From the human T2T-CHM13v2.0 reference genome, Homo sapiens, in assembly GCF_009914755.1 (NCBI RefSeq), contig NC_060937.1: a DNA stretch of 64,000 bases; one strand, 5' to 3'. The position numbers were made by a program, and so were the translations under genes. Positions 40,149-58,680 of this stretch are shown piece after piece. The notes beneath the pieces are model-generated. The model saw only the letters and a list, made by a program, of their open reading frames with translations. It was not told where the DNA came from and did not search any database. Numbering within the stretch: position 1 is the stretch's first letter; every line of letters begins with the position of its first letter.

Positions 40149-40584
40149 TGTTATGTGTTGCATTGTATCTCCTTAAAACTCATATGTTGGAGTCCTAACC
40201 CCTAGCACCTAAAGATATGACTATATTTGAAGATAGGGTTTTTACAGAGACAATCAAGTTAAAATGGGGTCATTAGGGTAGGCCCTAATCCAATAAACTG
40301 GTGTCCTTATAAGAAGAGAAAATTTGGACACAGACAGGCATGCAGGGAGAATTAACATTAAGATGGTCATCTATAAGCCAAGAAGAGAGGCCTGGAACTG
40401 TTCTTTGTCTCACAGCCCTCAGATGAAACTTCCCTGCTGACAGGGGGCTTTCTTCTAGCGTCTGGACTAACTTGGAAGGAACTCTCAGACTTGTAGCTTC
40501 CAGAACTGTGAGACAATAAATTTATGTTGTTTAAGCCACCTAGGTTGTAGCACTTTTTTATAGCAGCCTAAGTAAACTAATCTA
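40149..40584 (+). mobile_element. MLT1B-like solo LTR inserted in a MIR
   Basis: CATATGTTGGAGTCCTAACCCC...GGCCCTAATCCAAT..CTGGTGTCCTTATAAGAAGAG...CAGAACTGTGAGACAATAAATT. Confidence 0.88.
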
Positions 40585-40999
40585 CTAAAGTTATGAACTG
40601 ACACAAAAACCTAGGTGTCTGAGTCTGGAGCCTGTGCTCAATTTGACACCCCTCTCTGCAGTCCTTACTGAGTTGGAATGATCTCTCTGCCTAGGCTTCA
40701 TGCTCCATGAAAATGGATGAGTCCATCTATGTGGGGTGCGTGGTTCCTATACATTTTCAATGTCGCACGGTAACCGGTTGTCTACCATGTTACATTGTTG
40801 GTGAAATATCAGTTATATTATTATTCCCCAGGGATTGACCCTGTACATTTGTCCTACGATCTGAAGACCCACACTGGGTCAGCACCAGAAACAGACTTCA
40901 GGGATGCTATTGTTCAGGTCAGCCTCTGGATCTGATGATTAGGGTCACTATGACCTATGACTAGGGTGCACTTTTTAAGGCATTTAAAGTCTCCTTAAA

Positions 41000-41592
41000 T
41001 TATATCCCTGATCATGTCATTCAATGCTCAAAGACTTGGATGCCCATCCACCTCCTTGACATGCAGAATAAAGTTGTTAGTCCTTTATCCAGCATTTGAG
41101 ACCTTACACAGCATTGGCTAGGCCTTCGTTTTCAGTCTTTGCTAGAATATACACACCTTTTCTCCCCACATGTGCAAAAGGGGAGGCATGCACACACTCA
41201 GACCCATTCTGGGCTCACAGTAGTGCTGGCCTACCCCTGTTAGTCCAAGATTCACCATGTATTTCTCACACCTCGCCTCTGGCTCTAGGTATTTTCTTCA
41301 ACTTAAACTTCTTCCTTTTCCCTTTTTCACCTAAAGACATTCTACTCACTTGCACAGTCCCGTTCAAACCTCACAATCCCCAGACATTTCTCCCATCTCT
41401 TCATTTATTTCCCCTCTAACTCAAAGTCTCAGGACTTGTTTCCCAGCCAGACTTCCAATGCAGACAGTTATGACTCTTAGCCCGATGGGCTCTTGGAAGG
41501 CTCAGCCTTTGTCTTTTCAATTTTTGTGTCCTGCACAGTATTTGGCATGGCCTTCTTCATACAGTGGATACTCCATAAACTGTTGTTGGACT
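41000..41592 (+). mobile_element. L2 LINE 3' fragment
   Basis: CTGATCATGTCATTC...AGAATAAAG...; terminal CTCCATAAACTGTTGTTGGA. Confidence 0.55.
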
Positions 41593-42234
41593 TAACGCAG
41601 TATGTAGGTCACCCCAATGCAGGCTTCCAGGCAGTCTCCAGAAAGTTCACCAGCCTTCAGAGATGAAAAGTGGAGACTGGGAGCCTCACCCTTCACTTTC
41701 ATTTCAAGCAGAGCCAGCTCATAAAGACAGAATCACTCTTTCTCATGTTTTTCCTGGAAGACAAAGTGTGGGCATATGATCACCAAGTGTGCTTTGTGGT
41801 CTCAATTTCACTGTCTACTAGCTTATAAGGTTTTATTTTATTTCTAGACTTAACTACTTTGAACTCCAGGAGGAATATTACAGCATGCCCTGGCAATAAC
41901 TCCTTTACCTTCAGTCAGGTAACAAAATGACAGCTCAGATAGCATGGTGGCCCCAAACAGAAACAACATTCGAGATCAAACTGGAAACTTCATATGGTCA
42001 AAGTTTACTGACTTTCTCTAGATTGCTTTCTTCATAAGAAATGTGAAGGTAGCGCCAAAGCAATATACTTCCCAGCTTATGGGCCTCACTGAGCCTCAGT
42101 GTCCAGTTTAAAACTGCTCTTGATCCTTGTGTCTTGATCTTGGTAACAACAACTTCATTAGCAGCATGATCCAAATCCTATGTCCCTTTGCCATGGGATA
42201 ATTCATTTTGAATTTGATAGAAATTATTCAGCCC

Positions 42235-42505
42235 TTTTAGCAGGGTGTAATTGTTTAGTGTTAACCTCGAGTCATTTGCCTGGGAACAAATCCTGGCTCC
42301 AGTACTTACTAGATCTTAGGGATCCTATATATGACTTAACTTTCTGGACTTCAGTTTCATTATCCATAAAATGGGAGTATTTATTTATTTTAAATAAAGG
42401 ACTGGTGTCTAAAACTATTATGATTAATTAATTAGTCAATACATGTAAAATGCATTGACTAGGACCCTGAACATAGTAATTGTTGGATTTGTTAGATGTT
42501 ATTAT
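42235..42505 (+). mobile_element. MIR SINE
   Basis: CAAATCCTGGCTCCAGTACTTACTAG...GACTTAACTTTCTGGACTTCAGTTTCATTATCCATAAAATGGGA. Confidence 0.75.
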
Positions 42506-44884
42506 TTTAAAGTGATCTCTTCACTCAAAAAAGGAAATGGCAGAGAATTCTATTGGCTTTGTTGTGAACTCTACCTCTAATTCCTTTCCCTCTGCTTCCT
42601 TTCTTTTTCTTTTCAGAACATGTTGGAAATTATAAGCAAACTTGTAAGTGATGTATGTATATTTAGTTTCATAGACAACCTCAGTGTTACTTTCTGGCAT
42701 TCTTCCAAAGTATCTTACAAGTTATCAATCTTGCCAGGACAGAGTGTGTTTTCTGACCACTTCCCCTTTGCAATTAAGGACTGTGACCACTCGCTTACGC
42801 ACAGACTGAGACCAGCAGCCTTAACCCCAAAGGAGGTCAGAAACTCCCAGCTCTCCCCGCCAAGGGGGCTAGCTGAGAACCCGATACTGTGTGTTTCAAG
42901 GCTGTGGCTAAGGCTGTGACCATAGGAACTGGGAACACCCACCAACACCCTGTTTCCCCCAGCCCCACTTCCTTCGCTTCAATGCCATTGAGCATGGTTG
43001 CAGCGCCTTTGTGAATGTTTTGAGTAGAGTTAGGTTTCTGGTGTTTATTGTTGAATTGCTAAAGATTTGGAGAGAAGACAAACAGACAAACAGACATACA
43101 ATGAAGCAGATGACAAACACCCCTGGACAGACTAGCACTATGAGCAGACACGCTCAGGACGACCCAGGGTCCTGCGGAGAGGTCCGGGAAGGTCTGGGCT
43201 CTCATCAGAGCCCCAGGATTTGGTCAGTTGCTCTGCAAATAAAACCTGCCTTAGACATCCAGCAAAGAGGCTTTATTTGCATAGGAGATTTGCCAGTCTG
43301 GCCTCCAAGATAGTAGGTCACAGTGAGGGTGGTGGTGAGTTTTCCTGTTTACTGTCTACCTTTGTGGACACATTGAATGTGGGGGCTGAAAGGGGTCAGC
43401 AAGGGCTGTCTCCTCTCCTGTTTTCAGATTTGGTGTCTCAGTGAAATCCAGTGCTTTGCCTCTTTGATTGTGCTCTGTCTCAGTGCTTCTCAATAGCATG
43501 TGATGTGCAGAGAAGTAAAAGAAATGAACAAAGATTTCTCTTCTGAAGGTGTGGGAGGGCATGGGAGTGGGGCTGGTTGGGCTGATGATGGAAAGGTCAG
43601 ATTGCATTGTGTCGTCCACAGGCTTTCCAGCTGGGCAGGAAGGCTTCCCCCTCTGACTGCATCATGGCACTTCTTGTACATACTCACTTACCCACAGAAA
43701 CTAAACTCCGCATGGATAGAGGCTGTGCCTATGCGGTTGGCTATTGCACACCCAGCATCACCACAGTGCCTGGCACTATCAGACTCTTCGTGCCTATTTG
43801 TTGAAATGTCTACAAATAGACTAAATACATATCAGTTGGGATGGCCTTGATTTAAAATATATTAAGCCCCATTGCCTTTGTATCTACATTTGTGTTTGCC
43901 AGAACAATCATGCTGGCTTGGGGTTTTATCAATATGGTCATTGCATCTGTTTTCCCTTTTCTATGGTGGAAGCAGGGATAGTGGTCCTTCAAGAGCTGGG
44001 AAGAATATACATTTGAGAACAGCATGTCCAGGCAGCCTGTGATTTCCTGGGAAAATGGACTCCAAATGCTCTTCCATCCTATTTGTGGAGTCTTGTCATA
44101 TGCAGGCTTCTCCATCCAGGATTGATTGTAATTCCTTGAGATCCTGGAATCCCATCTCTCCTTGGGGAGAAGTTAAAAGTTTAAAGAAACTGAAGTTACT
44201 GGATCTGGTGAGGAGGAAGTTGAATGGCCCACTTTAAGATGATAAAAGGTTACATTTTTTTGAAGATTGTGTTGGCTGCAAGACTATAAATTATAGCTTA
44301 ACATAGGAATCAAGAGCCTTACAGTTTTACCTTTTCATCTAGTAATTCTTCTAGGAATATAGCCTAAGGATAACATATGGAAATCAGCGAAAGATCCATA
44401 CCCAGTAAAATTCATCGCATTGTTACTTATGCGAGCCAAAAGTGGGAAACAAGTTTAATGTCCAACAATGGGCAATGGCTGAGAAAATTATGGGGTGCAG
44501 CTATTAAAGTGGGAAGTAGGACATTTTGTTGTGGCTCTTTTGATACCATGGATGTTTTCTGTCCCTAAAGAACAAACCACTGAATTTCTAAGTCAAAAAA
44601 AAAAAAAGTGATATGTTTAATTCTTGCCGTCTCTGGAACCCTAATTCTTTCTATTTTTGACTCTAACCCTCAGGAGCTTTGGGGATTGGGTGGGTTTTAG
44701 AGATAGGATGAGGCCATCTACGATTCTCATAATTTGGGATTTAGAATAAAAAGTTTAGTGATTTATTCTTAGTGCCACCAAATAACTGTGGGTGTTAAAA
44801 GAAACATGACAACCAAAAACAGAATCAAACTTCTACTTAGGAAGATTCTATTTATTGATGATAAAACGTATTTATTGATGATAT

Positions 44885-44936
44885 TGAGATAACTTATTGA
44901 GAAATACTTATGAGATAACTTATTGAGAAATACTTA
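44885..44936. repeat. Perfect 26-bp tandem duplication
   Basis: TGAGATAACTTATTGAGAAATACTTA x2. Confidence 0.95.
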
Positions 44937-46584
44937 TAACATCAAATAAAAGCAAGATACACATGTGCATACATTTATATACATATATACAGATATCATA
45001 TACTCAATTATTAACATTGATTTTCACCAGTAAATGATTATGAATAACTATTACTTTCTTCTTAATATTTTTATATTTTTTATAGATACACATTGATTTC
45101 ATATTAAAGTAATATTTTATATTAAATTAAACTTACATTAAATATAACATTATATTAAATTAAAATTATAAAAACATTTAAGATTATAGCGTGATGGAGT
45201 TTGGTTAACCATAAAGAAAAACTTATTGATGGAAAATCAAAAAGTATTTAATACTGTACTTGAAATGAGCTCCTCAGGTAAAATATGTGGCTGCTTCCTC
45301 CTTGAGAGTTATGGGGAAAGAAAGCCAATTTCTCTCCCTGAAAGTTTAATGAATGTGAGGGCTGGGCAACCCTGGACCACAGGACACCTCTTGTGTTCTA
45401 AACCCCTGTTGAATGATGGTGACACAGGAAGGACGGTTTAGTGCTGCAGCCAGAAATGGGTCACTGTCTTGCTGGGCCATGTTTTTCTTTTCTTTTCTTT
45501 TCTTTTTCTTTTTTTGACAAATGCTTTGCAAGTGAGGAGGCTCAAACACCTGTCCCAGGGTATTTATAATAATGCCCTCGCTTACTAAGTTTCCTGTTTT
45601 TCACCTTCCTTAATAAGTTCCCTCCTTGTTATCACCTTCCTCCATTCAGGTCCCCTTTCAGTATAACCCCCATTACAGATGGTGGAAACCTGAGTGGTGG
45701 GGTTGATTTACTTCTCCCACTGTTTCCTATATGTTGTATTGTACTGGTGTATGAGTCATGCTGATGAAGTAAATGATAGTTTTAGTTAACAAAACCAGAA
45801 GCAGCCTAAGCTTTCTTGCCTTGTGCTTGGCTCTGACCCTTGCTCTTGACCCGTGAGGTCCAATTTTCTCAGGGATATAGATCCAGACCAGGGTAGGCAT
45901 CAGAACAGGGCAGAAGAGTCCCCTGTGGTCTTCGGTAGCCTTTGGGGTTCTCCAAACATGGCTAACTGTCTAATAGAATGGCTATAATATGGCCATCCTG
46001 AATGGTTAAAGGAATCAACTACTTGTGATGGGCAATAAAGACATCTCATCTTTCAAGTAAAATGAAAGGCAATATACCTTTCATTTCATCAATACATTTG
46101 ATTATTTGGGGGCAGTACACAGAAGAAAATATTTTATGGAGCAGGTACTTTGTTCCCAGAGAGCCTGACAAACTACTACTGGGACAAGAAGAATCTGATA
46201 AGAGTTACTGTTCATGGCAGCCTGGGTTTTCCTAGGGCCAACCTTGAAAGAATTGACTTGGACTTGGGGAACCCTTCAGAGCTTCCCTGGCCTCCCTGGG
46301 GAAAGACTGGATCCTGGAGCTGTTTCCTGGGAAGACTAATTTATTCTGGGAAATGGGAGAGGAGAAAGAACAGGGAGAGGGCTATCAAGTAAATTGACAC
46401 AACTTATTTGTTACATTTAGGACAAAAGAGTCCAGGAAGGAAAAATAGCTCCAACCTAGGTCAGAGAAGTTCCCTGTGTTCCTCCCGGCTGTTTATTCAA
46501 GACAGTAAAAGAGGATCCCAAGAAAAGAAGTCGTATCCCTACTAAGAAGTCTGTGGCTTTACAGAGATGGGATGAGAAAAAGTC

Positions 46585-47016
46585 TGTATTTGTTTGCTAG
46601 GGCTGCTATAACAAAGTACCAGGGACTGGGTGGCTTAAACAGCAGAAACTTATGTTCTCACAGTCTTGGAGACCACAAGTCAAAAGTCAAGGTGTTTGCA
46701 GAGTTGACTTATTCCTAAAGCCATGGGGAAAATGATCTGTTCCAGGGGCTCCTCTTGACTTGTGAATGGCTGTCATTTCCCTGTGTCTTCATATTGTCTT
46801 CCCTCTGTATGTGGCTGTATTCAGATTTTCTCTTTGTATCAGGACAGTCATCAGATTAGATCCCAACCTAACTACCTAATTTTAACTTAAATACCTCTAT
46901 AATGACCCTGTCACCAAATATGGTCACATTCTGGGGTACTGAGGGCAAGGACTTCAACATAGGAGGGTTTTTTGTGGGGTCTAGGGGGAAGAGGTGCAAA
47001 ATTCAGCCCATTGACA
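46585..47016 (-). mobile_element. MLT1 (A-C-like) solo LTR
   Basis: TGTATTTGTTTGCTAGGGCTGCTATAACAAAGTACCA...GGTCACATTCTGGGGTACTG...AATTCAGCCCATTGACA; TSD AAGTC / AAGCC. Confidence 0.88.
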
Positions 47017-48076
47017 AAGCCCATTTATTTCAGCCTATGGTAAACTCTGACATAGGAGTATCTCCTAATCTTTAGTGCCTGTAGGTCTGAGGTCCTCAAT
47101 CCTTTTCACCAGTAGGACAGCAGTGGTAAAATTCAGCCAGCAAACATTGCATGCAAGACTTCACTTTTATAGCAAGTACTGAATGAACCATGTACTCAAT
47201 GCCAGCCTAGCTGGACCTGCTGTCCTTCTAAATGGAGCAATTGCAGAAAAAGCAAAGTTCTATGGTGAATCCAAACAGTCTGAAACCATGAAGCTGGGCA
47301 GTCTGGCTGTGTGGTGCAGCCCATTCATTATGGTGTGTCCTGATCATGTTTATTTGTCTAAACTCTTCTTGGTGTTGCCAAACTGCCCTCCTTGGACATT
47401 AAACAACAGAAGAGTGAGAAGCCATGCAGTTGTAGTCATCTGTGGCTGCAGGTCTATGGTGAGGAGGCCCAGCCAGACTAATAGGGAGATCTGGGACACA
47501 GGGAGCCATGCTGTGTCTCACCGGGATGGGGCCCTACAAGCCCCAGGTTCCATGGGGCACAGTTTTGGTGTGACTGGTGGGGTCCCTAGAGCCAACGGCC
47601 ATCTCCTTTATCATCAGCCAAAAGTTGTTCAGGTTAAACTGATGGACTGGGGGGAGGGAGATGGGTGATGAGGAGAGGGAAACGCTCTCAAGTCCTTTCC
47701 TAAATGCCTTTTTCCTGCCCCAGACTGTGGTAAAATAGAGCAGAGACCAGCTGGCCAGCCTTGTTTGTTTAAGTTGTTGACTAATCTCTGAGTTCATGTG
47801 CTGAGCTGGTTCATGAAGTTCTTGAACTTTTATTATCCTTGGACTTCTGACACAATGAGAATGAAATAAGAAACTGCTACTATATTTAAAAGCAGCCTAT
47901 AAGATTGAGTGAATTAAATGTTTGACTTTGAATCCAAAGATTCAAGGAATTAAAAAAATTGTATAATATTCACTGAGAGCTACTCTGTGCCAGGCACTTA
48001 TTTGAAATATAATGTTTTAAATGCAAAATGCTAATAAGCAAATGTAAATAAGAGATTCTAGAAAGTGGATATAGAT

Positions 48077-48200
48077 TTGCGCTCTCCATTGTGGCAGCCA
48101 CATTTCAGGTGTCCATAGCCACACATGGCTAATGGCTGCCATACTGGACAGTACAGATAGAGAACATTCTCATCACTGCAGAATGTTCTAGTGGATACAG
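48077..48200. mobile_element. MER3-like hAT DNA transposon, internally deleted
   Basis: TAGCCACACATGGCTAATGGCTGCCATACTGGACAGTACAGATAGAGAACATT...CATCACTGCAGAA. Confidence 0.7.
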
Positions 48201-48570
48201 ATAATGAACAATAAATATGGACTTATATAGAATATTTTTTGTTTCAAAACATTTTGCAAACTGCAGTTTATCACACCTGGAAGGGCCAGTTAAGACTGCT
48301 AATTTGTATGTCAGGACTGGAAATAACCTTAAAGATTACTGAGATTAACGACCCACCCAATGATTAATCCACTCTACAACTTCCCCACCAAGCCTCTGTC
48401 CAAGTTGGGCTTGAAAATTCCAACAATAGACATTTACCTTCAAAGGCACTAGATTTTATCTGAACTTTCTGTAGTCCAAGATGGTTAGTATAATTCAGTA
48501 CATGGCTCTTAGAAATGCTAATTTTTCTTTGAAAATATTAAGAAATTTTATATTCTTATAAATGCCTTTA

Positions 48571-52050
<3,480 letters not shown>

Positions 52051-52250
52051 AGAGCTTAGGCATATTAACATGCTAACAGATGACTTACTATGAAGAATGA
52101 TCTTACGTATTTCTCAATAATTTTTTTCTCAAAAAAACTTTACAATTGAAAAATAAGTAAATGTTCTAGATAAAAAATTAATCTTACCTTTTATAACATA
52201 CACCTTGAGAGAATTATAACCAATCACAGTAGAAATACTTAAATATTTTC

Positions 52251-52540
52251 TTTTTTTTTTTTTTTTTTGAGACAGTGTATTGCTCTGTCACCCAGGCAAG
52301 GCACATCTCGGCTCACTGCAACCTCTGCCTCCTGGGTTCAAGTGATTCTCCTGCCTCAGCCTCCCGAGTAGCTGAGATTACAGGCACACACCACCACACC
52401 TGGCTACTTTTTGTATTTTTAGTAGAGACGGGGTTTCACCATGTTAGCAAGGCTGGTCTTGAACTCCTGACCTAAAGTGATCCACCTACCTCGGCCTCTC
52501 AAAGTGCTGGGATTACAGGCGTGAGCTACCACGCCCGACC
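52251..52540 (-). mobile_element. AluS SINE
   Basis: Antisense dimer with a small right-arm deletion; TSD ATATTTTC. Confidence 0.93.
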
Positions 52541-53039
52541 ATATTTTCATGGAATGCCTCTACTTGAGTAAACAGGGTATGCTGATGTACTCCGACTTTT
52601 CCTCAAGGTCTTGCCATGGTCGACACCATGGGCCTGAATGGGACCATCGCACTGCTAAGGGGCACCTGCTGGGTGAGGCTGCAGCTGTCCTATTGCGTGT
52701 TCCTTGTTTCCTGTGGGATTCTTCTGGCTCCTCCCCAGCTTTCACCTATCATTTCTAATGGCCAGTGGCTGTCCTTTACTATAGGGAATGTCCAGCCAGT
52801 GCTTCGATTTTTCTCTCTTTTCATATACACTGGATTTATTTTCAAAGATAAGAGCCAGAATGATTACTCAAGATTCATTATGCTGCCACCAAGGAAAGTG
52901 CATGGACTTTGTGACAGCGCTTTTCCTTGGTGCCTTTCCTCCTACTTACAGGGCTGACTGATGTTGATGGAAATCTGACTGGCTGAATAATGATGCTGTC
53001 TAGTAGTCATTTTAACAACAACAACAAAAGTATAATAAT

Positions 53040-53320
53040 GAAAAGAAGAATGGTGAGAACAACATGCATATATTAAGCACTGTTCTAAGGATTTGGTATA
53101 GATTGATTCATATTATACTTAAAACAACCCCATAAGCACTGAATCAGACCATTGCACCACTTAGGTGTACCAGCAGTGGGACCCTGTAACCACTCCCATT
53201 GAGTGTTTTGTCTTTCAAATGATGAAACTAAGGCACAGAAATATCACCCAGCCAGTAAGTGGCAGATCCTGGAATGAATCACAGGACATGTGGGCTCAGA
53301 GTCCCTCTTTTTAGCCACTT
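53040..53320 (-). mobile_element. MIR SINE fragment(s)
   Basis: GCACTGTTCTAAG...AACAACCCCATAAG; CAAATGATGAAACTAAGGCACAGAAA...GCCAGTAAGTGGCAGA. Confidence 0.6.
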
Positions 53321-53512
53321 TGTTTTAGGATAGATTTCTAAAGCTTTCATTCTGTAATGGAGCATGAATATATTCATGTGTAAGACAATCACTTATTTCT
53401 ATCCTTTTATTTTGCAGGGGGTAACTTTGGTAAAACCTGTGTACAGTTTCATGAGAGGGAGCTTGTTATAACAGGGAGATACATAAGATCCCCAGTCAGG
53501 CAGAGCTGATAC

Positions 53513-54773
53513 TGAGAGGTGACAGCATGCTGGCAGCCCTCGCAGCCCTCGCTCTCGGGGCCTCCTCGGCCTTGGCACCCACTCTGGCCGCGCTTGAGGA
53601 GCCCTTCAGCCTGCGCTGCACTGTAGGAGCTCCTTTCTGGGCTGGCCAAGGCCAGAGCCAGCTCCCTCAGCTTGCGGGGAGGTGTGGAGGGAGAGGCCCG
53701 GGCGGGAACCAGGGCTGCGCTCGGTGCTTGCCGGCCAGCGCAAGTTCCGGGTGGGAGTGGGCTCTGTGGGCCCGCACTCGGAGCGGCCGGCGGGCCCCGC
53801 AGCCCCGGGCAGTGACGGGCTTAGCACCTGGGCCAGCAGCTGCTGTGCTCAATTTCTCGCCGGGCCTTAGCTGCCTTCCCTTGGGGCAGGGCTCGGGACC
53901 TGCAGCCCGCCATGCCTGAGCCTCCCCCGACCTCCGTGGGCTCCTGTGCAGCCGGAGCCTCCCTGATAAGCGCCGCCCCCTGCTCCATGGCACCCAGTCC
54001 CGTCGACCACCCAAGGGCTGAGGAGTGCGGGCACACGGCTCAGGACTGGCAGGTGGGATCCACTGGGTGAAGCCAGCTGGGCTCCTCAGCCTGGTGGGGA
54101 CTTGGAGAACCTTTATGTCTAGCTAAGGGATTGTAAATACACCAATCGGCACTCTGTATCTAGCTCAAGGTTTGTAAACACACCAATCAGCACACTGTGT
54201 CTAGCTCAGGGTTTGTGAATGCACCAATCGACACTCTGTATCTAGCTACTCTGGTGGGGACTTGGAGAACCTTTGTGTCCACACTCTGTATCTAGCTAAT
54301 CTAGTGAGAAGGTGGAGAACTTTTGTGTCTAGCTCAGGGATTGTAAACGCACCAATCAGCACCCTGTCAAAACGGACCAATCAGCTTTCTGTAAAATGGA
54401 CCAATCGACTCTCTGTAAAATGAACCAATCAGCAGGATGTGGGTGGGGCCAGATAAGAGAATAAAAGCAGGCTGCCCTGGCCACCAGTGGCAACTCGCTG
54501 GGGTCTCCTTGGTCACTGTGGAAGCTTTGTTCTTTACCTCTTGGCAGTAAATCTTGCTACTGCTCTCTCTTTGGGTCCACACGGCTTTTATGAGCTGTAA
54601 CACTCAGCGTGAAGGTCTGCAGCTTCACTCCTGAAGCCAGCGAGACCACGAACCCACCGGGAGGAATGAACAACTCCAGACGTGCCGCCTTAAGAGCTGT
54701 AACACTTCTTGTGAGGGTCCGCAGCTTCATTCTTGAAGTCAGTGAGACCAAGAACCCACCAATTCTGGACACA
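53513..54773 (+). mobile_element. LTR12 (LTR12C-like) HERV9 solo LTR
   Basis: TGAGAGGTGACAGC..GCTGGCAG start, GC-rich U3, tandem CACCAATCAGCAC..TGT.TCTAGCT repeats, AGAATAAAAGCAGGCTGCC, end CCAATTCTGGACACA; 4-bp TSD ATAC / ATAT. Confidence 0.96.
54120..54470 (+). promoter_or_regulatory. LTR12 U3 enhancer/promoter: 7 CCAAT boxes, GC box, GATA site, AATAAAA TATA-like element
   Basis: CCAAT at 54142, 54183, 54224, 54352, 54377, 54401, 54425; GGGTGGGG ~54441; AGATAA 54452; activity is inferred, not shown. Confidence 0.7.
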
Positions 54774-55163
54774 ATATGACATTGGTTCAGGCATTCAATC
54801 CTTAAGAAAGCTCCATCTGGATATCTCAGTTTTTACTCTTTTTATTCTACCTTTCCTGGAAGGCTGGCAGTACTTTGTTTGCAGGTGGTACATGTGTATT
54901 GTTGTAGTGATGATATCTTCCCCAGTGGGTATGTCTGATAGGTGTTTGTTCAGAAAGATCATACTGTATACATGTTTGCATCTGTATTACTGCTTCGATG
55001 TTTTCAGATTCAGGAGGATCCACTGTATTCAACAACACTAATAAAGAGCCTACTATGTGCAGGAATTTTGCTAGGTGATGAGAGTACAAATGATGAATAA
55101 AACATTCTGTATTTTCAAGACTTTTATAATCTACTAGAGAAGACACTCATATAGTTAAAGTCA

Positions 55164-55649
<486 letters not shown>

Positions 55650-55659
55650 TCAGACCTAT

Positions 55660-56400
55660 GAATGTGAAGTGAGCTTGGCCAACCTGCTCTTCCTCCAGAG
55701 TGTTTCATATCAGCAAGTGGCACCAATTCAGTTGCCAAAGAGAGAAACCTGTGTGGCATCTTTGACTCCTTCCTCTTCTTCACCATGTCATGGCTGGTTA
55801 GTCACCAAACCCAACAGACTCCACTCCTAAGTGCCTCTGAGACCCATTGCTTCTCTCCACCCCTTCTGCCACCACCATGCTCAGTCCTGGCCTGGATGTG
55901 GCCCGTGGTCTAGTGACTGGCTCTCTTGAGTCCAGACTTGCTCTGCCCACCTCTTTCTACCACCCTCCCTGAAACCTATTCTCCACATTGCAGTCAAAGC
56001 ACATTCTAAATTACACAACAGACCTGTCATTTTGCTGAGAAAAAAACTTTCAATGACTCTCCATTGCTTCCGAATAAAATTCAAATTTTTATTGTGAGTG
56101 ACAAAAGCTTTGTGACTCAATCCCTGCTCGTTTTCTAGTCTCATTTTTCACTATTCTTCCTTCCCCTCTGATCAAGCTACACTAAACTTCTTTCAGTTCC
56201 TTGAATACATCCTGTTTTGCTTCTTGGCTGTTATATGTGTGTCTTCCCACTTTGCTTGGATAACTGACTCATCCCACAAGCCTCATCTTAAATATGGCTT
56301 CCTCCAAAAAGTCTTTTCTGGACTCCCAAGTCTAGGTTAAGAACTCTCATGTGCTCCCAGGACACATTTTACTAATTACATTTTATGGTGACTGCATTTG
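55660..56400 (+). mobile_element. L2 LINE fragment
   Basis: AGAAACCTGTGTGGCATCTTTGACTCCT...CTATTCTCCACATTGCAGTCAAAG...GAATAAAATTCAAATT. Confidence 0.75.
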
Positions 56401-56429
56401 CTTGTGTATCAGCATGTTAAAGTGGAAAC

Positions 56430-57645
<1,216 letters not shown>

Positions 57646-57659
57646 AAAATATATGGACT

Positions 57660-58680
<1,021 letters not shown>

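Noticed and set aside
47183-47668. 161-codon plus-strand ORF in unique sequence
   Set aside because: No recognisable domain or coding-like composition; a length like this can occur by chance in 64 kb.
53527-54036. Several overlapping 60-130 aa ORFs
   Set aside because: Artefact of the GC-rich LTR12 U3.
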